Assembly: GCF_000020385.1 (NCBI RefSeq)
Contig: NC_010814.1
Coordinates: 1,440,001 to 1,472,000, forward strand
Length of the DNA: 32,000 bases
Source of the DNA: Trichlorobacter lovleyi SZ
GTDB taxonomy: Bacteria; Desulfobacterota; Desulfuromonadia; Geobacterales; Pseudopelobacteraceae
Direction: 5' to 3'
In this document: positions 17,243-25,170 of the stretch, piece by piece
Layout of the letters: each line of letters starts with the position of its first letter
How positions within the stretch are numbered: position 1 is the stretch's first letter
Made by a program: the position numbers and the translations under genes
The notes under the pieces: generated by a model
Told to the model about the DNA's origin: nothing
The model's input: only the letters and a program-made list of their open reading frames with translations
Database searches by the model: none

Positions 17243-18184
17243 CTAAGTTCTTTTTCCGATAACAGCACAAATTCGGTAATACAGCTGCTCTTTCAGACTT
17301 TCAGGCGTTTCCCACACAATGTGATTGTACTGTCGTGTGTCGAAATGAATTTTATCGAGCTCGTCTTTTTTCACGCACCAGATCACCGGTCGATTCAAAC
17401 CCATGGCATAGCCGGCCTCAAAATAAACTCCTTGTTTTTGCTGCGTGACGTCAGCAACAACAAATAGCGAATCCTTGATGTCGGAAATGATCTTGGCGTC
17501 GATCCGGTCAATGTGCTCTTCCTTGTCGATCCGGTGAGCCTTGTAACCTGCCTTCTCGATAGCTGACTTTATCCCTTCTTCCCAAATAGCGTCTAATATC
17601 TTGTCGAAAGACATGGCGACAAAGACCTGATCGGTAAAAGTAGGTTTCCAAGCTTCAGAATCGAGATTGTCCCACCCTCGCGGGCTGATTTTCACTTCAC
17701 TACTACCAATTATAGCGCTACGTGTAACCAATCCGCGCTGCTCAAGTGACTCCAATAAGTATTCAAACTCGTCGCAATTTACGGCCCAGGCGATCGGGTA
17801 ATCAGTGTCCGGGTTCAATGTAACTTCTTTGCCGGGGTATACGGTGCGGCGTTCTATAGCCCTAAGCAGAAGCAACTGCTTCTCAAGCACAGAATACTGG
17901 CGAAAATTTTTAATCGTTTCATCTATTGAATTGGTGAGCAACTCAGGCTTTGGGCGTTTGTTTTCCTCTTGATTTCTAATCCATGCCGACAAACGCGGAT
18001 CGGCATCTCCGCTCCGCTGATTTATTTCGGCAGTCCGGGAAATAAAAAAAGGCCCACAAACCGCGCATTCATAGGAAAAGCCATCTCTAGTACGATATTC
18101 ATCATTTTCAATCATTCTGACGTACGAAGTTCGACAAATCGGGCAGGTCAATTCCTCCATAGTAATCTCCATGTCAAACACCAT
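17243..18184 (-). CDS. Zn-ribbon + winged-helix + nucleoside 2-deoxyribosyltransferase-like (TIR/SLOG-type Rossmannoid) domain protein
   Basis: CPIC...CAVC is a four-Cys ribbon (res 14-43). LLLLRAIERR...YLLESLEQRGLVTRS is wHTH-like. The C-terminal VFVAMSFD...FVVADVT...GVYFEAGYAMGLNRPVIW fits the NDT pattern (A-D...E-x-G-x-A) with candidate catalytic Glu256. The start is uncertain (ATG codons 1, 5 and 9); codon 9 at 18160 has a GGAG RBS. Confidence 0.6.
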   Translation of the reverse strand: MVFDMEITMEELTCPICRTSYVRMIENDEYRTRDGFSYECAVCGPFFISRTAEINQRSGDADPRLSAWIRNQEENKRPKPELLTNSIDETIKNFRQYSVLEKQLLLLRAIERRTVYPGKEVTLNPDTDYPIAWAVNCDEFEYLLESLEQRGLVTRSAIIGSSEVKISPRGWDNLDSEAWKPTFTDQVFVAMSFDKILDAIWEEGIKSAIEKAGYKAHRIDKEEHIDRIDAKIISDIKDSLFVVADVTQQKQGVYFEAGYAMGLNRPVIWCVKKDELDKIHFDTRQYNHIVWETPESLKEQLYYRICAVIGKRT

Positions 18185-18210
18185 GCACGATGCTGAACAA
18201 TCATTTTTTT

Positions 18211-18456
18211 CTATTTTTTTGGTTTTTGCGTCAACGCAGAGCCTGCTGCTGTTTTTGCTTTTTTACTAGACTCACTACTATGTAGCGTTTTGGATGCAGC
18301 TGTAGCAGCCACAGGTGATGTAACTTTTTCTGGAGCTTTTCTTTGGGAGAGCGCAGAGCCCGCAGCAGATTTGGCCGTCTTGCTTGAGCTTTCACTTCTG
18401 AGGACTGTGGATGCAGCTGATGCAGCTCGCTTGCTTGTTACCTCGGACTTTTTCAT
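18211..18456 (-). CDS. 81-aa basic Ser/Ala/Lys-rich protein made of two ~40-aa tandem repeats
   Basis: The ATG overlaps the upstream stop (ATGA) and has a GAGGAG RBS. Repeat 1 (...AASAASTVLRSESSSKTAKSAAGSALSQRK) and repeat 2 (...AATAASKTLHSSESSKKAKTAAGSALTQKPKK) are clearly homologous. Confidence 0.5.
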   Translation of the reverse strand: MKKSEVTSKRAASAASTVLRSESSSKTAKSAAGSALSQRKAPEKVTSPVAATAASKTLHSSESSKKAKTAAGSALTQKPKK

Positions 18457-18947
18457 TGTTTTTTCTCCTCAATTGGCGGTTTGATCTTTTTCCCAATTTC
18501 AACAGGTGATGTGTCATTCAAAACTAAAAAAGCCATTACGATTAGAAATGCTGCAAAAAGTAACGCACTGCAGAAGCCACCCGCAAGATTAACACCAAAT
18601 TGCGGCCAAAAACTCCCCAATTTCTTGATTTCGCTTATTACAACGCTTTCTTCTATTTCCTTGCGAATATCTCCATTTGCCACTTCAAGCACTTCAGCAG
18701 AAAAGGTTTGTAAGGCGTTTTCTGCAGTGCCTTTGGCTCTCAGCAATACACTGTCGGGTTGTTGCTCGTACCAACTCTTGATTTCGGTGTCATCGGGCAT
18801 TCTTCCGTTTTGGCTTTCATAATGCTTCATCCACTCAATACGCTGCTCTTCAACAACAGCAAATGCCACTAACCCGTATAACCAGTTTTCTTTGGAATCC
18901 TCAACAAGCTCTCGGTAAACATCGGCAGATCCGGTATACTTAGGCAT
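18453..18947 (-). CDS. hypothetical protein with one C-terminal TM helix (164 aa)
   Basis: A GAGGAG RBS precedes the start, which lies 29 nt after the hsdS stop. GGFCSALLFAAFLIVMAFLVL is a hydrophobic helix. No family was recognised. Confidence 0.55.
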   Translation of the reverse strand: MPKYTGSADVYRELVEDSKENWLYGLVAFAVVEEQRIEWMKHYESQNGRMPDDTEIKSWYEQQPDSVLLRAKGTAENALQTFSAEVLEVANGDIRKEIEESVVISEIKKLGSFWPQFGVNLAGGFCSALLFAAFLIVMAFLVLNDTSPVEIGKKIKPPIEEKKQ

Positions 18948-18976
18948 AGTTGCGCTCCTCAGTTCAGTTGTGACAA

Positions 18977-20359
18977 TTAAGAAATAACAGTTCCCGCTTG
19001 TTGCCCCACATCAAACGCCTCCCGCAGCACCGTCTGCATCAGCAACTGCGCCTGCTCCTTCCGTTCGGCAACCTGCTTTTCCAGTTCATCAATGGTTGCC
19101 ATGAGACTATCCACGCGGGCAACGATGGCTTGTTGTTCGGCGAGAGGGGGAAGAGGGAAAAAATAATCCCTCAGTTTTGTGGCATTAATATTTGATTGAC
19201 CCAATGCATCTGTCTTGTTCGCATCGCACCACTCACGATGAAACTTTGAGTTGAGGACCCCGTTTGAGTAGGTTGCACTGATGCCGCCTAACATCGTTAC
19301 CCGCACCAAATAGCCAGCGAAAATGGCCTCGTACATACCGTCAAAGAGTCCTGTCTTACCAACAAGCTCTCTGCTGTTCGTACGATTGAAAAGAAGGTCG
19401 CCATTTGTAACGCGATATTTCCTAATTTCACCTGTATCGTTAGTGTAGACAAGGTTGCTCCAGTCTATTTTCCCACATTGAATGTTGCCCATGCGAAGAA
19501 CTGGAACTTTCCCTTCCTTGAGAGACTTCACACTCGAACCGTACTGGAAGCCGTCTGCCACTTCTCCCAGCCGGCACCACCCCCAACCCTCCGGTAGGTC
19601 GAACGGTTTATCTTCGTCGGTAATTGGTGGCAAGGGCTTTTCTTTCCGGATTTTACCTTCCTTCACCAGCCGCTCTTTTTCTGCCTTGATCTGTGCCAGC
19701 AACGCTGCCGCGTCATACTGCGGATCGCCCTTTGCCACCGGATGTTGCTTGCGCCATGCCGTTGTCAGTTCCCCTGCGACAGCCTCTTGCAGCAGAGCCT
19801 GGCGGAGTTGTTTGAGCAGCACTCCTTGATGGTTCGTTTCCGTCAGCAATTCCTGATGCTCATCCTCAATCCGGAATATCAGGTCTATCAGACTCTGCTG
19901 TTCATCCAGCGGTGGCACGGGGATCTTAACCGATGCAATCTCTTTCATCGACAGACTGACATTGGCTGCTCCCTTCATCAACGGCACCAGAACGGTATCC
20001 TTGAAATGGGAAAGATACAGATGCAGAAAGCGAGCTGTCAGAACAGACGGGTCTTTGGGAATGACGGCAGCCAGAATGGTGCCGAGAGCAAACTTGCCTG
20101 ACTGATAGTGGACATAATTCAGCGTCTTTTTACCATGACCGGTTGATGACACCAGTGGAATGCAAACCGCATCGGTATCAAACTGCCAGGTGGTGCATGA
20201 TCTGCGATCTGCGCCAGTGGCAACCAGTGGGTATTCCCCTGGAGGAGCGCTTGCCAGGCCGGTTTCCCCTTTGATGATCTCACACAGATCACCTATTCTG
20301 GCTCGTTTCCAGTTAGACACAGGCCAATTCCTTCCGCAACGTCTGCAAAAGGCTATCAC
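18977..20359 (-). CDS. hsdS: type I restriction-modification specificity subunit HsdS
   Basis: Two target-recognition halves are each followed by a conserved helix (VPPLDEQQSLIDLI..., LPPLAEQQAIVARVDSLMATIDELEKQV). The GTG start overlaps the hsdM 3' end by 47 nt. The exact start is uncertain. Confidence 0.85.
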   Translation of the reverse strand: MIAFCRRCGRNWPVSNWKRARIGDLCEIIKGETGLASAPPGEYPLVATGADRRSCTTWQFDTDAVCIPLVSSTGHGKKTLNYVHYQSGKFALGTILAAVIPKDPSVLTARFLHLYLSHFKDTVLVPLMKGAANVSLSMKEIASVKIPVPPLDEQQSLIDLIFRIEDEHQELLTETNHQGVLLKQLRQALLQEAVAGELTTAWRKQHPVAKGDPQYDAAALLAQIKAEKERLVKEGKIRKEKPLPPITDEDKPFDLPEGWGWCRLGEVADGFQYGSSVKSLKEGKVPVLRMGNIQCGKIDWSNLVYTNDTGEIRKYRVTNGDLLFNRTNSRELVGKTGLFDGMYEAIFAGYLVRVTMLGGISATYSNGVLNSKFHREWCDANKTDALGQSNINATKLRDYFFPLPPLAEQQAIVARVDSLMATIDELEKQVAERKEQAQLLMQTVLREAFDVGQQAGTVIS

Positions 20360-21746
20360 TCTTCTGAAACGACTGGTGCAGCAGCTCCAACAGTTCCGCG
20401 CTGGTGTGGGCGTGGCCGGTGTCCTTAATGTGCGGGTTCTTTGTATCCAGGTTATAGCTGTTGGCAGTCAGGGTATCGATAGAAACGCGCCAGGCTTGAT
20501 CGCTCTCCTGCCGGTTGTTCCACCATTCCTTTAGGCGGTTGAACTCAGCGCTCTGGATCGGCTTGGTCTTGGAATAGGACTTGACCCCTTCAGGTAATTG
20601 ATGCTCCCAGTACCAGATTTCCTTGGTCGGCTCCCCCTTGGTAAAAAAGAGCAAGTTGGTGGCAACACTGGCGTAGGGCTGAAAGACCGAGTTGGGCAGC
20701 CGCACAATCGTATGCAGGTTACAGCCTTCCAGCCAGTGCTGGCGGATACGCTGCTTGACGCCGTCGCCGGTCAGAGAGCCGTCCGGAAGGACAATAGCGG
20801 CCCGACCACCATCCTTGAGATAGCGGATCATCAGGAGCAGAAACAGATCGGCGCTTTCAGTGGTGCGGTAGTTCAGGGGGAAATTTGTTTCAACGCCGTC
20901 GGTAACTGATGCTCCGAAAGGTGGATTGGCCAGGATCACATCCACCCGATCCTTGGCGCCGATGCTGGTGTATTCCCGGTTGAGGCTGTCGGTGTAATCC
21001 ACATTCGGCACTTCGATATCATGCAGGATCATATTGGTGACGCTGAGCATGAATGGAAGCGGCTTAAACTCCATACCGTGGATAGTTGACTGCAAGGTTT
21101 GCAGATCTTCTACGTTCTTAACATCCTGGCGACGGATGTTTTCAATTGCGCAGGTGAGGAAGCCGCCGGTGCCGCAGGCTGGGTCGAGCACCTTTTCGCC
21201 CAGGCGTGGGTTGATGATGGCGGTCATGAACTCGGTCAGGGCACGGGGGGTGTAGAACTCGCCATAGTTGCCGGCGCTTTGCAGGTCACGCAGGATTGTT
21301 TCGTAAATGTCGCCGAAAATATGGCGGTCATCGGAGGAGTTGAAATCGATCTGGTTCAGCTCATTCAGCACCTGGCGGATGACGGTGCCGTTCTTCATGT
21401 AGTTGTTGGTGCCTTCGAATATCTCGCGGATGATCAGGGCGCGTTTGTTGCCAGTGGAGATGTCCAGGTTTTTCAGTGCGGGAAACAGCTTCAGGTCGAT
21501 GAACTCTTTAAGCTCGTCACCAGTCATCCCCTCGGCATCGGCAGCCCAGGCCCGCCACTGCACCGCCGAAGGGATGGGTGAGGCGTAGGCCTCTTGAAGT
21601 ATCTCCAGCTCCTTGTCCTTGTCGTCCAGTATCTTCAGGGTAATCATCCAGCCAAGCTGTTCGATGCGTTGGGCATCACCGGAGACGCCTTGATCCTTGC
21701 GCATGGTGTTCTGCAGCCGTTTGATGATGGTGCCGATATTTTTCAT
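20313..21746 (-). CDS. hsdM: type I R-M N6-adenine DNA methyltransferase HsdM
   Basis: The AdoMet motif is VLDPACGTGGFL and the catalytic motif is ILANPPFG. There is also an HsdM N-terminal-like region. Confidence 0.9.
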   Translation of the reverse strand: MKNIGTIIKRLQNTMRKDQGVSGDAQRIEQLGWMITLKILDDKDKELEILQEAYASPIPSAVQWRAWAADAEGMTGDELKEFIDLKLFPALKNLDISTGNKRALIIREIFEGTNNYMKNGTVIRQVLNELNQIDFNSSDDRHIFGDIYETILRDLQSAGNYGEFYTPRALTEFMTAIINPRLGEKVLDPACGTGGFLTCAIENIRRQDVKNVEDLQTLQSTIHGMEFKPLPFMLSVTNMILHDIEVPNVDYTDSLNREYTSIGAKDRVDVILANPPFGASVTDGVETNFPLNYRTTESADLFLLLMIRYLKDGGRAAIVLPDGSLTGDGVKQRIRQHWLEGCNLHTIVRLPNSVFQPYASVATNLLFFTKGEPTKEIWYWEHQLPEGVKSYSKTKPIQSAEFNRLKEWWNNRQESDQAWRVSIDTLTANSYNLDTKNPHIKDTGHAHTSAELLELLHQSFQKSDSLLQTLRKELACV

Positions 21747-21749
21747 GAA

Positions 21750-24158
21750 TTACGCCATCCTGTAAATTTCAGTTTCCAGCTCTCTCACTGCCGCCTGATA
21801 GGCTTCCTTGCCGCCGAAGAGATGGACGATCTCAGCCGGGGTGCCGATTGCCTTGAACGGGTCAATGGTCAGCACCTTCATCTCTTCGATGTTCTCGATA
21901 CCGTCTTTGGCGTATTTTTCCAGTAGCGCCTGCAAGACTTGACGGGCATTGTCACCATACCGCGTGAAGTAATCACGTTTTGTTACCTGCTCGGCTCTTT
22001 CTCTTCTGGTAAGTGCTGGCCGATCCCAGGCGATGTGGCAGATCAGGTCGAACAGGTCCAGCTCCTTCTTTGTCTCATCCAGCAGATTTTCCAGAATAAT
22101 GTCATGCTCAGCCAGCTGGTCGATCACCGCTTTCTTCTTTTCGGCACTGTTCCAGCGGGACAGGAAGTCATCGAGCGTGCGGAACTCATTCAGTAGGCCG
22201 GTGCGGGTGAACTCCTTCAGGCTGCCGGTGGTGAGCTTGCCGTTGGCCCCCAGATACTGCACCCGCTCATTGAGGATCGAGACATCGACACCAGCCACAT
22301 AGATCTTTGGTAGGGGCTCGGCCACAATGCCGCCGCCATCGATGATCTCCGGGCGGTCATAGGTCACTTCCGGTTTGTCATCACCAAAGGGGATTTCGTC
22401 CCCGGTTTCTTCATCCACGACCGGCTCGTCTTCGGGATGGATATCGGCTTCGGTCAGTTCATCATCTGCCAGCAGTTGCTTCACCATGACCGGGTCGCCG
22501 TCAAAATCCGGATCGGCAAACAGGTCGGTCACGTTGCGGAAATCCATGATGGTGAAGTAGCGCTTGCCGAACTCCTCGTTGATGCGCGTACCACGTCCAA
22601 TGATCTGCTTGAACTCAGTCGGGGAATTGATATTGGAATCAAGCACAATCAATTTGCAGGTCTGGGCATCGACGCCGGTGGTCATCAGTTTGGAGGTCAC
22701 AGCAATGACCGGGTAGCGCTCTTCGGGGTTGATGAAATTATCCAGCTCCCGCTTGCCGTCATCGTCATCGCCGGTGATCTTCATGACATACTTATGATTC
22801 TTCAGTACCTCTTCAGGATTGGCGTTGGCCAGAGCTTGGCGCATACGAGTGGCGTGTTCGATATCGACACAGAAAACAATGGTTTTGTCGAAGGGGTCGG
22901 TCTTTTTGAGAAACTCCGTCACCTTGCGGGCAATAGTCCTGGTACGTTCATCAATGACTAGGTTACGGTCGAAATCCTTGGTGTTGTAGAGCCGGTCGTC
23001 CACCGGATTGCCGTCGGCATCCAGTTGACCTTCTTCCGGCCGCCACCCTTCCAGGTCGATGTTAAGGCCGACACGGAGCACTTTGTAAGGAGCGAGAAAA
23101 CCATCGGCAATCCCTTGCCGGAGGGAGTAGGTGTAGAGCGGTTCGCCGAAGTATTCAATATTGGAGACGGTCTTGGTTTCCTTCGGTGTGGCGGTGAGAC
23201 CGATATGAGTGGCGCTTTTGAAGTAGTCCAGAATCTCCCGCCAGGCGCTGTCAGCGGATGCGCTGCCACGGTGGCATTCATCCACCACGATCAGGTCAAA
23301 GAAATCCGGGCTGAACTCCCGGTAGGCGTCTGAATCCTCGTCGTAATTGGTCAACCCCTGATAAAGGGCAAGATAAATCTCAAAGGCCTTGTCGATCTTC
23401 TTCTTGCGGATGACCGTCATTCGGTCCTTGAAATGCTTGAAGTCGCCCCGTTTGGTCTGGTCGATCAAGGCATTACGGTCGGCCAGGAACAGGATGCGTT
23501 TCTTGGTGCCACTCTTCCAGAGACGGTGGATGATCTGAAAGGCGGTGTAGGTCTTGCCGGTGCCGGTGGCCATGACCAGTAGAATCCGGTCTTGCCCTTT
23601 AGCAATTGCTTCGACGGAGCGGTTAATGGCTATCTGCTGGTAGTAGCGGGGCGCCCGGCCGGAACCATCATAGAAGTAGTCAAAAGAGGCAATCTGTTCC
23701 TGATGCGGGGTATCAATCCCTTTGTATGTTTTGTAGCGTTGCCAGAGTTCTTCAGGAGAGGGGAAATCATCAAGGTGGAGCGTGCGCTCTACACTGCCGG
23801 ATGAACCAGTGCGGTCATGTTCCACGAACCCGTCACCGTTGGAACTGAATGCTACCGGGATATCAAGGGTTGCAGCATAGCCAAGAGCCTGCTGCATGCC
23901 GTCGCCCACGTTATGGCTGTTGTCCTTGGCCTCTATGACGGCAATGGGGATATTCGGCTTGTAGTAGAGGATAAAGTCAGCCCGCTTGCGGCTACCACGA
24001 GCAGAGCTAGTGCCGCGCACGTAGATGCGACCATCGGTGAAAGAAACCTCCTCTCGTACCTGACGCTCGATATCCCACCCGGCCTTTTTCAGGGCAGGCA
24101 CAATGTACTGGGTGCAGATATCGCGTTCTGAAAGATTTTTCTTAGAGGTCATGATCAC
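21750..24158 (-). CDS. hsdR: type I restriction endonuclease R subunit HsdR
   Basis: The N-terminal nuclease-like region contains ADFILY...IAVIEAKD. The SF2 motor has MATGTGKT and VVDECHRGS. The C-terminal region is EcoEI_R_C-like. The gene ends 3 nt before the hsdM start. Confidence 0.9.
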   Translation of the reverse strand: MIMTSKKNLSERDICTQYIVPALKKAGWDIERQVREEVSFTDGRIYVRGTSSARGSRKRADFILYYKPNIPIAVIEAKDNSHNVGDGMQQALGYAATLDIPVAFSSNGDGFVEHDRTGSSGSVERTLHLDDFPSPEELWQRYKTYKGIDTPHQEQIASFDYFYDGSGRAPRYYQQIAINRSVEAIAKGQDRILLVMATGTGKTYTAFQIIHRLWKSGTKKRILFLADRNALIDQTKRGDFKHFKDRMTVIRKKKIDKAFEIYLALYQGLTNYDEDSDAYREFSPDFFDLIVVDECHRGSASADSAWREILDYFKSATHIGLTATPKETKTVSNIEYFGEPLYTYSLRQGIADGFLAPYKVLRVGLNIDLEGWRPEEGQLDADGNPVDDRLYNTKDFDRNLVIDERTRTIARKVTEFLKKTDPFDKTIVFCVDIEHATRMRQALANANPEEVLKNHKYVMKITGDDDDGKRELDNFINPEERYPVIAVTSKLMTTGVDAQTCKLIVLDSNINSPTEFKQIIGRGTRINEEFGKRYFTIMDFRNVTDLFADPDFDGDPVMVKQLLADDELTEADIHPEDEPVVDEETGDEIPFGDDKPEVTYDRPEIIDGGGIVAEPLPKIYVAGVDVSILNERVQYLGANGKLTTGSLKEFTRTGLLNEFRTLDDFLSRWNSAEKKKAVIDQLAEHDIILENLLDETKKELDLFDLICHIAWDRPALTRRERAEQVTKRDYFTRYGDNARQVLQALLEKYAKDGIENIEEMKVLTIDPFKAIGTPAEIVHLFGGKEAYQAAVRELETEIYRMA

Positions 24159-24245
24159 TCACGATGTTCATGTCTGATTGGGTATCATTCCATATACCAC
24201 AGCTATGCGACAGAATATGTCATTTGCGCTAGAGACCCGGCTATT

Positions 24246-25025
24246 TCAAATATCCGGATCAATCGTAGCATTCACATATACCTGCCACCGGCGATCCTTC
24301 TTGGCTCCCTTAGTACTTATCCTTGGTGTTAAAGCTGTCGGGATTGGCCGTTTCGAACGGACATAGTCGGCAAGAGGTGCTGCCAACTCTTTTTTACCAA
24401 CCAATTCCAGTAAATAGCCAAGCCTCTGTGCATACGACACCGGAGAAAGCTCGGCTACTTCGGCAAGGCGCTGAGGATTCACACTTTCAGCCAACTCGCT
24501 CAAGATGGTCACAACATTATCCAGGCCGGCGCAGTGGCTGACGTAGCCGACCACATCAAGGGCAGTTGCCTCGGGTGTTGATACTTTTATGGTGCCGGCA
24601 GTGGTGTTCCGTAATTCTGTGGGGATTGCTGCTGCGTTCTTCCGATAAATAAACTGAACCCTGATATTGCCACAAGTTATCGGCCTGCGGACCTTTGCCA
24701 CCATAACTTGAAAGACCTGCGGTCGCTGATGTGCAGCCCCATGATACTCCGCAGCACTTAGGAGCCCGGCATAATATACCTCTCCCAAATGCGCCATGAG
24801 GTGCGGGATGAACTGGGCTGCTGGCACGCACCCCATGATTCGGTGCATCGGGAGAAGAATGACGTAGAAGCCGCGGTACGGCATTGCGATCTCGCCTTTT
24901 TTCTGCAAGCGATGCAACGCCGATTTGACCGCAATCTCTGATGACCCCGCCAGTTGAAAAAACTCCTGGTAGGTGAAACATGAACGGCCTTGCGCGGCTA
25001 AACTGTCGACCAGATCAAGGTACAT
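24246..25025 (-). CDS. AbiEi-family antitoxin-like transcriptional regulator (orphan, no adjacent AbiEii)
   Basis: GEIAMPYRGFYVILLP and YYAGLLSAAEYHGAAHQRPQVFQVM match the AbiEi N- and C-domain patterns. The start was set to ATG 25025 (MYLDLVDSL). Confidence 0.65.
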   Translation of the reverse strand: MYLDLVDSLAAQGRSCFTYQEFFQLAGSSEIAVKSALHRLQKKGEIAMPYRGFYVILLPMHRIMGCVPAAQFIPHLMAHLGEVYYAGLLSAAEYHGAAHQRPQVFQVMVAKVRRPITCGNIRVQFIYRKNAAAIPTELRNTTAGTIKVSTPEATALDVVGYVSHCAGLDNVVTILSELAESVNPQRLAEVAELSPVSYAQRLGYLLELVGKKELAAPLADYVRSKRPIPTALTPRISTKGAKKDRRWQVYVNATIDPDI

Positions 25026-25170
25026 ACGCCGATCTCTAACCTGTTTGAATTTGGCGCATAAAATAGCACGCGCTGCCCATATTTGCAAATAATCAATGTG
25101 AATTGATGTTCATCGAGTATTTGACTGACTTTGGGAAAAATCCTACATTTAAAGCAAGTTATATTCTGTA

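Noticed and set aside
21099-22961. Long plus-strand ORFs (21099-21581, 21594-21926, 22437-22961 and others) lying inside hsdM and hsdR.
   Set aside because: They are antisense shadow ORFs of genes with unmistakable HsdM/HsdR motifs. Their translations are low-complexity (G/A/V/L-rich) with no RBS or recognisable motifs.
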